Below, in pieces: positions 11,138 through 19,961 of a stretch of 64,000 bases of DNA. Position 1 is the stretch's first letter; every line of letters begins with the position of its first letter. Origin of the DNA: Candidatus Desulfaltia sp. (GTDB lineage: Bacteria; Desulfobacterota; Desulfobacteria; Desulfobacterales; ETH-SRB1); the NCBI GenBank assembly GCA_030656555.1, contig JAUSPN010000040.1:70536-134535 (forward strand), given 5' to 3'. The notes under the pieces were generated by a model. It worked only from the letters and a program-made list of their open reading frames with translations, ran no database searches and was not told the origin of the DNA. The translations under genes were made by a program, and so were the position numbers.

Positions 11138-11285
11138 TACCTATAATTAAGCGATTTTTTAGTGATTATTATCAAATTTAAACAACAAAGAAGGAAGGAA
11201 GTTGAACCGTTGCATTTAAAACTTTGAAGTAAACGGATTGATATTGAACATATTGTAAAATCAGAGGGAAAGGAGAAATATTATT

Positions 11286-12572
11286 ATGAGTTTCTTTAAA
11301 CAATTGGGCTGTTTTATGATGATGGGCGCAAGAGCCCACGCAAAATGGGAGCTTGATGTTTCCAATACAATACTTGGAGACAAAAAGCGGCTTATTATAC
11401 TGGGTTTGCTTACCATCCCTGTAGTGCTTGGTGGTATTGCTTTTGCGGATCAAATCACCGGAGCCCTTCCCGAACTGCTTGGAGGCAAAAAGGCTTACAG
11501 CCCTGCTTTTTACAGTACTGGTATTTTTATAGTATCAATCTTTATCGGAATGGGTGCCGGCCTGATTACCGGATGCATCGGAGCCGGCGGCGGATTTATT
11601 ATAGCACCTGCTCTTATGAGCGCAGGTATCAAAGGTATCCTGGCTGTTGGTACCGACCTTTTTCACATCTTTGCCAAGGCGATAATGGGAAGCGTAATTC
11701 ACAGAAAATTAGGAAACGTTTCAGTGCCGCTTGCCATAGTCTTCCTGATAGGTGCAATTATTGGCGCAACAATCGGCGGACTTGTTAACCGCATACTTTA
11801 TGAGATTAACCCTGTTTTGAGCGATGCGTTTATCACGACTGTATACTCCCTTATGCTTGGATTTTTGGGTTTTTACTCCTTGGCAGACTTCATCAGCGCC
11901 AGAAAAGCTAATGCTGCAGCAAATGAGGGTGTACATGGAGGAAAAAGCGAAGGCGTTGATATGAAGAATCTGCCTAAAAAACTTCAGGATCTTAAAATAC
12001 CTCCTATGATCAAATTTGATTTTAATCTTGTTCCGGGAGGCAGGAGCATTTCATGGGTATTTTTAGTGCTCAGCGGCGCTCTTGTTGGACTTGCAGCAGG
12101 TATTATGGGTGTGGGCGGCGGCTTTTTAACCTTTCCCATATTTGTGTATATCCTTGGCGTTTCATCAATGACCACGGTTGGAACCGACATTTTCCAGATC
12201 GTCTTTACAGCCGGTTATGCTTCAATAAGCCAGTATGCTATTTACGGCTTCATCTTCTATACCCTGGCAATGGGCATGCTCCTCGGCTCACTGCTTGGTA
12301 TTCAGATTGGTGCATTAGTAACAAAAGTCGTTCCAGGAATCACAATCCGCGGCTTTTACGCAACAGCGGTTCTGGCTGGTTTTGTTAACCGTATTTTTGC
12401 TTTGCCGGCCAAGCTGGGAGCAATGGATATAATTAAAATTGCTCCGGGAACCGCCTGCCTTCTTGAAAGTATAGGTGTGTGGGCATTCTTCATTGTAATA
12501 GGTATATTTTCGGTCTGGGTAATTGGAACGTTTCTGATCAATATTCCAAAACTTAAGGGAGAGGAGGTATAG
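11286..12572 (+). CDS. TSUP-family permease (TauE/SafE, DUF81), long form
   Basis: Polytopic membrane protein with two half-repeats, each carrying a glycine motif (GCIGAGGGFIIAP and MGVGGGFLTFP) and GTD(L/I)F. The RBS is AAAGGAG. Confidence 0.85.
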   Translation: MSFFKQLGCFMMMGARAHAKWELDVSNTILGDKKRLIILGLLTIPVVLGGIAFADQITGALPELLGGKKAYSPAFYSTGIFIVSIFIGMGAGLITGCIGAGGGFIIAPALMSAGIKGILAVGTDLFHIFAKAIMGSVIHRKLGNVSVPLAIVFLIGAIIGATIGGLVNRILYEINPVLSDAFITTVYSLMLGFLGFYSLADFISARKANAAANEGVHGGKSEGVDMKNLPKKLQDLKIPPMIKFDFNLVPGGRSISWVFLVLSGALVGLAAGIMGVGGGFLTFPIFVYILGVSSMTTVGTDIFQIVFTAGYASISQYAIYGFIFYTLAMGMLLGSLLGIQIGALVTKVVPGITIRGFYATAVLAGFVNRIFALPAKLGAMDIIKIAPGTACLLESIGVWAFFIVIGIFSVWVIGTFLINIPKLKGEEV

Positions 12573-12574
12573 TC

Positions 12575-13261
12575 ATGCTTGCTAATAAAAAAGAATTTTA
12601 CGGCGGCTTTGGATTATTGGTTGGTTTTTTTGTTGTCTTGTTTATAATATTTTTACCTGTTTTTAACGGTCAAAACGGCATGCAATATCTGGATGATCTG
12701 TATAACTCCATTTCCAAAGGTTCAGCCTACTATATCCCAAAGATAAAAGAAGAAACAGATCGGTTTGTTGGAAATACAGTAAGCATAACCCTGGAAACAA
12801 AAGATGAAAAGCAGGCGCAGCAGATAGCCATGCTGTTTACAAAAGGCGGGGCAACAGCAGATGTGTCAGGAGCCCAGCTTAATGTATCGGGCGACCTCGG
12901 CGAAATCCTTGCAAATTGCCTGGCAGATGCGGATTTGATGTATCATAATGATGGGGCAAAGGTCTCAGGCAAATATGGATATGATGAGAGACAGGTTCTT
13001 TATAACTGGTGGAACGCGCTTAAGGAGGCAGATAAGGACTTGAAAAAGCAGAAACTGTTCAAAGAAGCCAACACAGTTACATCGGTCGTGAAGAAGACCG
13101 TTGAAGCTTCCTACAACTACTATAAAATTGAGCCTCAAAAGATTTCTGATAAATTATGGGTTGTTATATTTTCTCTGGTTTTCTATGTGAGTTACACGAT
13201 GTGGTACGGCTTTGCCGTTCTTTTCATGTTTGAAGGATGGGGCCTGAAACTGGAACATTAG
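12575..13261 (+). CDS. Hypothetical membrane-anchored protein (N- and C-terminal TM segments, ~150-aa soluble middle)
   Basis: The start lies 3 nt after the TSUP stop and has RBS GAGGAGG. I recognise no family. Confidence 0.7.
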   Translation: MLANKKEFYGGFGLLVGFFVVLFIIFLPVFNGQNGMQYLDDLYNSISKGSAYYIPKIKEETDRFVGNTVSITLETKDEKQAQQIAMLFTKGGATADVSGAQLNVSGDLGEILANCLADADLMYHNDGAKVSGKYGYDERQVLYNWWNALKEADKDLKKQKLFKEANTVTSVVKKTVEASYNYYKIEPQKISDKLWVVIFSLVFYVSYTMWYGFAVLFMFEGWGLKLEH

Positions 13262-13265
13262 ACTA

Positions 13266-13307
13266 TTTGAGTAACAGTTAACGGTTCGTGGTTAACTGTT
13301 ACTCAAA
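13266..13307. terminator. Bidirectional hairpin between convergent genes
   Basis: Perfect 17-bp stem TTTGAGTAACAGTTAAC / GTTAACTGTTACTCAAA with an 8-nt loop, flanked by A/T runs on both sides. Confidence 0.7.
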
Positions 13308-13332
13308 ACATAAAAACAAGAGATTCGGTTTA

Positions 13333-13746
13333 CTATTGGTTCTTCTCTTTTAGCTCTTTAAGTTCCTTTTTCATACTCTTCCATTCCAAAGCTCTGTCAA
13401 TGGCAATCAATATCTGTTCTTTGCGAAAGGGTTTGGTGATGTAATCATAGGCACCTTTGTTTATTGCCTCTTCTGCTGATTCAATGGAACCATAGGCGGT
13501 AATAACCAATATGGGAATATATTGATCTATATTTCTAATCTTACCTATAAGTTCTATCCCATCCATGGTCGGCATCTTAAGGTCGGTTATAATCAGATCA
13601 TATCCTCCTTCCAGCACAAATTGAATGACCTCCAAAGGATTGTTTGTGGTGGTTACTTTGTGTTCAGTCTTTTCTGAAATAATCATGGCGAGAAGAGCAA
13701 GCATATCCAGCTCATCGTCCACAACTAAAATCCTTGCAGCCATCAT
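13333..13746 (-). CDS. Receiver-only response regulator, paralog of the NtrC-type receivers at 8963 and 46757
   Basis: ITDLKMPTMDGI and KGAYDYITKPFRKEQIL align by eye with both sigma-54 regulators. The protein stops in the linker, before any AAA+ domain. Confidence 0.9.
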   Translation of the reverse strand: MMAARILVVDDELDMLALLAMIISEKTEHKVTTTNNPLEVIQFVLEGGYDLIITDLKMPTMDGIELIGKIRNIDQYIPILVITAYGSIESAEEAINKGAYDYITKPFRKEQILIAIDRALEWKSMKKELKELKEKNQ

Positions 13747-13807
13747 ACCTCCTTTTCAGATAAAATGTTTGAACCGCAAAAGCGAGCGAATCCAAAAATA
13801 GGAATCT

Positions 13808-16069
13808 TCAATTAATTTGAGGTTGGGTTTTATCTGACATTTGCTTATTCCCAAGGGAAAGAACCGGTAAAGTTACAATAAAAGTTGTCCCCATACTCTC
13901 TCTGTCCTCTTCTTCAGCCACTGTCTCAAAATTTATGTTTCCCCCATACTTAGACACAATGCCATAGCTGACCGAAAGCCCCAGCCCCGTACCTTCGCCT
14001 CTCTTTTTTGTTGTAAAAAAAGCATTAAAAACTTTGTCTCTGTATTGTCTTTTAATACCATGTCCCGTATCTTTGAAAAGAATTTCCACCTTGTTGCCAA
14101 AAGAATTTAATCTGGTAGAAACAGTTAAAACGCCTCCACCTCGCATAGCAGCAACAGCGTTTATGATTAAATTCATGAAGACCTGCTGCAGATGGCCTGA
14201 ATCTCCTCTAACTTTGGGCAAATCTGTGGTAATATTCTTTTTTAAAACTATTTTTTCTGTAACCAGGATATTTTCAACAACAGCAAGTACTCTTTCAAGG
14301 CTTATGTTGACATCAGACGAATAGTCGGTTTTATCCGGATATCTGGCAAAACCGAGAATACTCTCGATAATCCTCTTGCAGTTTTGAGACTGCCTTTCTA
14401 TTGTTTCGAGAATCTCACGATTTTTGCCGGGCTCTATTCTTTCCAAAAGAATATCTGCAAAACCCGAAATCACTGCTATAGGCTGATTAAGTTCATGGAC
14501 AATGCCGGCAGTCAGTTTCCCAAGTGAAGCTAATTTTTCTGTATTATATATCTGTTCTTCCTCTAAATTTTTACGTTCTGTAATATCCCTTGAAATACCC
14601 AGAAAAGCATAAATTTTACCGGATTCATCTTTAAGAGGAACGAAGTTGCTGCTAAACCAATAATCGCTGTTGTCGACCTTAACAGGATATTTTACATTTA
14701 TATTGTTTCCGGTTTTGAGCGCCTCCGCAATAAAACCCATCTGTAATTTTGCGCTCTCTTCAGCAAAAAGATCGTACATGTTCTTTCCTGTTAAATTATC
14801 CGGGCTGTCCTTAAAAAAATTTGCCGAGGATCTATTCATTGAAAGAAACTTTCCGTTTTCATCAACCGTAAATATCAGGTCCTGCGCGCTTTCAACAAGG
14901 GTTTTGTATTTTTTCTCCGATTTTTCCAGCTTTTCTAAAAACTTCTCCAGATTTTTTGTTTTTTCTTTTACCTCTTCTTCCAGGGCGTTGGCCCAACGCC
15001 TCTCAAAGCCGATTACATACATGCAACCCAGAATAATGGCTAAGATCAGAGTTCCCTGGATATAAAACTGGCGTATATATACTGAATGAATAACACCCTC
15101 TACCTCGCTCATGGGTGCTACCACAGCCACTGACCATGACCAGTCACCGTGATAATAAACAGGTGCGTATGCAATTAATTTCTCCATCTCGATTTCTATG
15201 CCGCGGTGCCACCCTGAGACATACTGGCCTGTGCCTTCCTTGCCCTTAAGCATCCTTTCCTTTTGAATCATGTTTATTTTGGCAAAAGATATTTTAGGCT
15301 TTTTCATCTCACGGATTTTAAAGGCATCCTCTCCTATGAAGGCTCTTTGAGGATGATAGAGGAATATGCCTCTTTTATCTATAACCCATGCATATCCTGT
15401 TTTACCCATTTTTATTCCTTGAGTAGCGTTTCTAACCAAATATGTTATGTCAACGGTAAACATAAGCATTCCTGCGAGACGTCCCGTAGGTACCGGATGC
15501 GCCTCGTCAACTGATTCCTCATAGGTGGGTATAACCAAACGCATGATAAGTTCATCAGGGTGCTGCGGACTCGCCCTGTTGATTTCACAGCAATAAATTC
15601 TGTTTTTATTTTCCTTCCTGAGAGCCCATTTAAAATAGTCTGTATCCGTAAAATTATCGTGTATAATAAGTGGTGTTGCTCTATTATCGACAATATATGC
15701 TTTTTTTCCGCTTTGGTCTATAAACCTTATCTCAACCACCCCTTCTTCCTTGGCAGCGGATAATGTTATATTCATCCGCCTTGCCCAGGAGACCTTTTCA
15801 AGATATTGAATTGAAGGAGAAAGGTTTAAAAGTGAAAGTTCGCGCTGAATATAATCAAGGCTGTGTTCCATGCTGCTGGCGGCATACCTGGCTAATACCA
15901 ATTGCTGCTGATTAAAATCCTCACGGATAATCTCTTTCATCTGCTTGGAGCTGATCAGTCCAAGATATACGGCACCCATAAGAAGCACAATTATGAGAGT
16001 AACTACAACGATTATCGCTCTTCTTGTGTTAAAGTATTTTTCTTTATAAGATTCTTTTATTTTAAGCAC
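13808..16069 (-). CDS. Sensor histidine kinase (extracytoplasmic Cache-like domain + PAS + HisKA + HATPase; family 2)
   Basis: TM - ~300-aa periplasmic domain (GYAWVIDKRGIFLYHP) - TM - PAS (KKYKTLVESAQDLIFTVDENG). The H-box is IVHELNQPIAV, with GTGLGLS. Confidence 0.9.
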   Translation of the reverse strand: MLKIKESYKEKYFNTRRAIIVVVTLIIVLLMGAVYLGLISSKQMKEIIREDFNQQQLVLARYAASSMEHSLDYIQRELSLLNLSPSIQYLEKVSWARRMNITLSAAKEEGVVEIRFIDQSGKKAYIVDNRATPLIIHDNFTDTDYFKWALRKENKNRIYCCEINRASPQHPDELIMRLVIPTYEESVDEAHPVPTGRLAGMLMFTVDITYLVRNATQGIKMGKTGYAWVIDKRGIFLYHPQRAFIGEDAFKIREMKKPKISFAKINMIQKERMLKGKEGTGQYVSGWHRGIEIEMEKLIAYAPVYYHGDWSWSVAVVAPMSEVEGVIHSVYIRQFYIQGTLILAIILGCMYVIGFERRWANALEEEVKEKTKNLEKFLEKLEKSEKKYKTLVESAQDLIFTVDENGKFLSMNRSSANFFKDSPDNLTGKNMYDLFAEESAKLQMGFIAEALKTGNNINVKYPVKVDNSDYWFSSNFVPLKDESGKIYAFLGISRDITERKNLEEEQIYNTEKLASLGKLTAGIVHELNQPIAVISGFADILLERIEPGKNREILETIERQSQNCKRIIESILGFARYPDKTDYSSDVNISLERVLAVVENILVTEKIVLKKNITTDLPKVRGDSGHLQQVFMNLIINAVAAMRGGGVLTVSTRLNSFGNKVEILFKDTGHGIKRQYRDKVFNAFFTTKKRGEGTGLGLSVSYGIVSKYGGNINFETVAEEEDRESMGTTFIVTLPVLSLGNKQMSDKTQPQIN

Positions 16070-16090
16070 CTTATCCTTAAAAACAGTTTA

Positions 16091-17188
16091 TCATTTTTCA
16101 GATGAAACAACCGGCAAAGCAACAGTAAAAGTTGTGCCTTTTCTATCTTTGTCTTCTTCTTCGGTAACAGTTTCAAAGCTTATGTTGCCATCATACTTGG
16201 ATATCATATTATAACTGGCTGAAAGTCCCAACCCTGTCATATCTCCGACTTCTTTTGTAGTAAAAAAAGGATCGGATATCCTGTCTCTGTATTCTTTTTT
16301 AATACCGTGTCCTGTATCCTTGAAAAGTAGTTCTATTCTATCACCCGAGGTATCAAGTCTGGTAGAAATGGTCAGGGTCCCTCCTCCCTGCATGGCTGAA
16401 ACAGCATTTGTAATCAAATTGATAAATACCTGCTGGAGATGTTTTGAATCTCCCCTTACATTGGGAAGATCTTCTGTAAAGTTTTTTACTATGGTAATAT
16501 GCTTTTTAAGCAAAATATTTTCAACCAACGAAAGCACTCTGTCGATACTCGCATTCACGTCCGCAGAATAGTCGCTTGCTTCAGGATGCCTGGCAAAGCT
16601 CAGCAGATCTTCAACAATTCTTTTACAATTCAGCCCTTGTCTCTCTATGGTTTTGAGCATATTGTAATCCTTGCTCCCAGGTTCCATCTTTTCTAAAAGA
16701 AGATCCGCAAAACCTAATATTACTCCTAATGGATTATTAAGTTCATGAGCCAGATCAGCCGCCAGTTTACCTAAAAAGATTAATTTTTGCACATGGTAAA
16801 GATTGTCTCCGCTCTTTTTCCACTGGGTAATATCCCTGGACATTTCAATTACCCTTGTAACAACTCTATTTTCATCCAGCATTGGATATGCTATAATTCT
16901 AAAATATGAAACCTTGCGGCCATCATAACGGGGATGAAAAGCTTCGCCTGATTTCCCGCTATTGAATGCTTCCTGTACAGGACAGAAATGATTTGAAATT
17001 TTACAAGGTTTGGACTCATCGTGAAGGACTTGATAACAATGCCTGCCGATAACCTCTTTTTTTTGCTTACCAACTCTGTTTAAAAACGCTTTATTTACCT
17101 CTTCTATTCTGTAATCCCGATCAACAACCATAATCTGGTCTTTGATCCCATTTATAATGGCCTCTAAAAATTTTGCCTTTTCCAGCAT
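16091..17188 (-). CDS. Soluble PAS histidine kinase with Cys-rich PAS domain
   Basis: No TM segment. The PAS region contains GRHCYQVLHDESKPCKISNHFCPV. The H-box is LAHELNNPLGV; HATPase motifs are DTGHGI / MTGLGLS. Confidence 0.9.
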   Translation of the reverse strand: MLEKAKFLEAIINGIKDQIMVVDRDYRIEEVNKAFLNRVGKQKKEVIGRHCYQVLHDESKPCKISNHFCPVQEAFNSGKSGEAFHPRYDGRKVSYFRIIAYPMLDENRVVTRVIEMSRDITQWKKSGDNLYHVQKLIFLGKLAADLAHELNNPLGVILGFADLLLEKMEPGSKDYNMLKTIERQGLNCKRIVEDLLSFARHPEASDYSADVNASIDRVLSLVENILLKKHITIVKNFTEDLPNVRGDSKHLQQVFINLITNAVSAMQGGGTLTISTRLDTSGDRIELLFKDTGHGIKKEYRDRISDPFFTTKEVGDMTGLGLSASYNMISKYDGNISFETVTEEEDKDRKGTTFTVALPVVSSEK

Positions 17189-17200
17189 GCTATCTTACTT

Positions 17201-19750
17201 TCAGTTCTCTTTATAATATTTATCCACGAACTCTTTAACGTACCAGTCAACCATGGCATCATTAAAAAGAGTCATGTCTAATTGTTTTGTGTATGCTGTC
17301 ATACGCGCCAATATGTCAAGTTTTTTCAAAATAGTTGATTTATTATACTTGGTTATCCTTGCATCAAGTACGTCTCCAGTCCTTTTTACACTAAAATCCA
17401 TCATTTCTAAAATTTCTTTAATAAGTCTGGTTCTCCTGGTTCGTCTATCAAGAGAAGCGCCGCCGCCCTTAAATAAAAACCGGGCATAGTTATCGTTTAT
17501 ATTGTCGCCGGCATATGCCTCAATAGTCTGGATATGATAGCCAAGCATGATGTTAAAGTTCATGTATTCCCTGGAAATTATAGCAAAGCTGGGTTTCCAT
17601 AATAACTTCTCGGAGCGAGGCTGCATAGTAGTATCGGCAATAACGCTCAAAAACCCTTTTACGTTTATTGGCGGCGGGCCCGGCCATTCTATAGCCATCA
17701 TACCTTTCAGCAGAGCATTCATTGGTATGGATAGAATATGATCCGGCGTTATTTTTTTTGAATCACTTTTAATGCCGCCACCTAAATCTATAACATATAT
17801 TTCAAGTGGAATTTTGACCTCAAGTTTCACAGCCTCCCGTTTATTTATATCAGGGTTGTCAACTATTTTAAACATCTCTCTCATTGCCGCTTCATGAGAA
17901 AATCGTGTTATATCATGAAAGGTTTCACAATAATCCGGGCTGAATTTTTCATCTTCAGGATAAATTAGGTTTAAAGGGACTATGTTTTTTAACAGCTCAC
18001 GCAATACTTTAAAAACTGTAGTATCCTTGAAATGGTTTTCCCTTTTCCCAGCCTCAACAAGTTCATCTATGCGTCCTTCATAAATGTTCCCATTAAAAGC
18101 ATCAACAGTTACCTCTGTATCAGCCTTCAATGTCTTCATGGCTACTTCGGTATTAAGCAGAGTGGGAATCTTATATTCTCTTGCCAGTGTTGCCATATGA
18201 CCGGTAAGGCTTCCGACATCAATAACGATTGCACTGGTTTTATTCATGACAGTGACAAACTGGGGCGATGTGTGTTTAGCCACAAGAACGGCCCCTTCCG
18301 GGAACTTTTCAAGATCTTCTTCTTTATTAATAATAAAAACTTTTCCTGCCCCAACACCTTTGCATGCGATCTGTCCCTTATCTATAAGGATTTTATGGTT
18401 TTTTGTAATTGTCTGAATATTTTTGACAGGTTTTTCTTTTAAAATTCTTAGAGACCTGGTCTGTAAAATTAAAAAATTATTATTCTCATCAAGAGCCCAC
18501 TCTATATCTTGAGGTCTATCATAATGTTTTTCAAGTGCCAGCGCATAATCGGCAAGAAATTTTATTTGATCATCGGTCAAACATGAAGTTGCCCTTTTCT
18601 CCTCCGGGACATCAACTTCAACTGTACCTTCCTCGGAATTACATTTGAGCATAACCTTTTGTACGGGCGTAGTTTTTTCCAAAATTGTCTTTGATTCGTC
18701 CCTGGAAACTACATATATGTTTGGACTTACTGTCCCATCAACCGCATATTTACCCAGGCCCCAGACAGCGTTGATGATAATGTTATTCTTTTCAGCGTCG
18801 GTAGGATCGTGCGAATACATGACTCCGCTTGCCTTGGAATCTATCATTTCAACTACTCCAACCGCCATGACCATATCTTCCTCATCAAACCCCTTGCTCT
18901 TGTAGTAAAATATGGCTCTGGGGGTAAACAGACTCGCAATAACTTTTTTATACTGTTCTATGAGGTTATCCGTATTTACATTAAGTACGGTTTTATATTG
19001 ACCAGCGAAGGTAAACTCGGCATCTTCATATATAGCGGAACTTCTAACCGAGACTGTTGGTGAGCTGACTCCGCGAGAAATTTTCCTGGAAAGTTCTGAA
19101 AATGCATTCAGCATGCTGGTTTCAACATCGGAAGGAATTTGAGATTTCATAATCAAATTTTGCGCTTCCCTGCTAATTTGGTTTAATCCTTCTATATCAA
19201 CTATATCTACCGATTTTAAAACAATTTTATCTTTTAATTCATTATATTCAATAAACTTTTTAAAGGCATAGGCGCTTATGCAAAAGCCATCAGGAACAGG
19301 CAGGCCGACCTTGTTCTTGATCTCACCCAGGTTGGCATTTTTACCACCGACACTGTTAACCATCTCTTTTGTTGCTGATTCAAAAGGAATAGTAAAATCC
19401 GTTACCGGAATATCTGTTTTGTTAATAAGGACCGCCTCAATTTTTGAATTAATCTTTGCGAATGCAAAATAAAGATTAGGATATTTTCCTTTTGAGAGTT
19501 TATCAAGATTCACAATAATATTCTGAACACTGTCTACCAGTTTATTGCAACTGGACCTGACATAATTCATATCGAATATGTATTCGCCTGCAAGCTTATC
19601 CTCCATGTCTGCCATAATTTCCAAAACAGCGTTGTTTTCATTGAGAAGTTGTTTGAAGTAAAGATACCTCTCTTTGAATACCTGCCCGTTATCCAAGACA
19701 GGTTTTTGAGGAGCAATCTCTCTTCTGAATATTTTCAATAAACGACGCAT
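17201..19750 (-). CDS. PpsA-like PEP/pyruvate-dikinase-family protein (N-terminal ATP-grasp + swivel phosphohistidine domain + unknown C-terminal domain)
   Basis: VGGKNANLGE is the nucleotide-binding domain signature and GSLTGHMATLAREYKIPT is a swivel-His motif. The last ~280 aa lack the motifs of the PEP/pyruvate TIM-barrel domain. Confidence 0.85.
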   Translation of the reverse strand: MRRLLKIFRREIAPQKPVLDNGQVFKERYLYFKQLLNENNAVLEIMADMEDKLAGEYIFDMNYVRSSCNKLVDSVQNIIVNLDKLSKGKYPNLYFAFAKINSKIEAVLINKTDIPVTDFTIPFESATKEMVNSVGGKNANLGEIKNKVGLPVPDGFCISAYAFKKFIEYNELKDKIVLKSVDIVDIEGLNQISREAQNLIMKSQIPSDVETSMLNAFSELSRKISRGVSSPTVSVRSSAIYEDAEFTFAGQYKTVLNVNTDNLIEQYKKVIASLFTPRAIFYYKSKGFDEEDMVMAVGVVEMIDSKASGVMYSHDPTDAEKNNIIINAVWGLGKYAVDGTVSPNIYVVSRDESKTILEKTTPVQKVMLKCNSEEGTVEVDVPEEKRATSCLTDDQIKFLADYALALEKHYDRPQDIEWALDENNNFLILQTRSLRILKEKPVKNIQTITKNHKILIDKGQIACKGVGAGKVFIINKEEDLEKFPEGAVLVAKHTSPQFVTVMNKTSAIVIDVGSLTGHMATLAREYKIPTLLNTEVAMKTLKADTEVTVDAFNGNIYEGRIDELVEAGKRENHFKDTTVFKVLRELLKNIVPLNLIYPEDEKFSPDYCETFHDITRFSHEAAMREMFKIVDNPDINKREAVKLEVKIPLEIYVIDLGGGIKSDSKKITPDHILSIPMNALLKGMMAIEWPGPPPINVKGFLSVIADTTMQPRSEKLLWKPSFAIISREYMNFNIMLGYHIQTIEAYAGDNINDNYARFLFKGGGASLDRRTRRTRLIKEILEMMDFSVKRTGDVLDARITKYNKSTILKKLDILARMTAYTKQLDMTLFNDAMVDWYVKEFVDKYYKEN

Positions 19751-19961
19751 TCCAAACCTTTTTGAATCTTATGAATTGCCTTCTAATTTTGCCTGACACG
19801 TTGATAGCAAAGACCAAATTGAAGATTCCCTGTAGCTTGGCTACAGGGTTCTTCAAAAATCTTCTGGAAGAGGAAATCAGAAAGGGTGCTGAAAAAAAGC
19901 CCGGGGAAAGAAAAACCTCCCCTCGAACAAATTAATCATGAAATCCGGTTATTATACTTGC

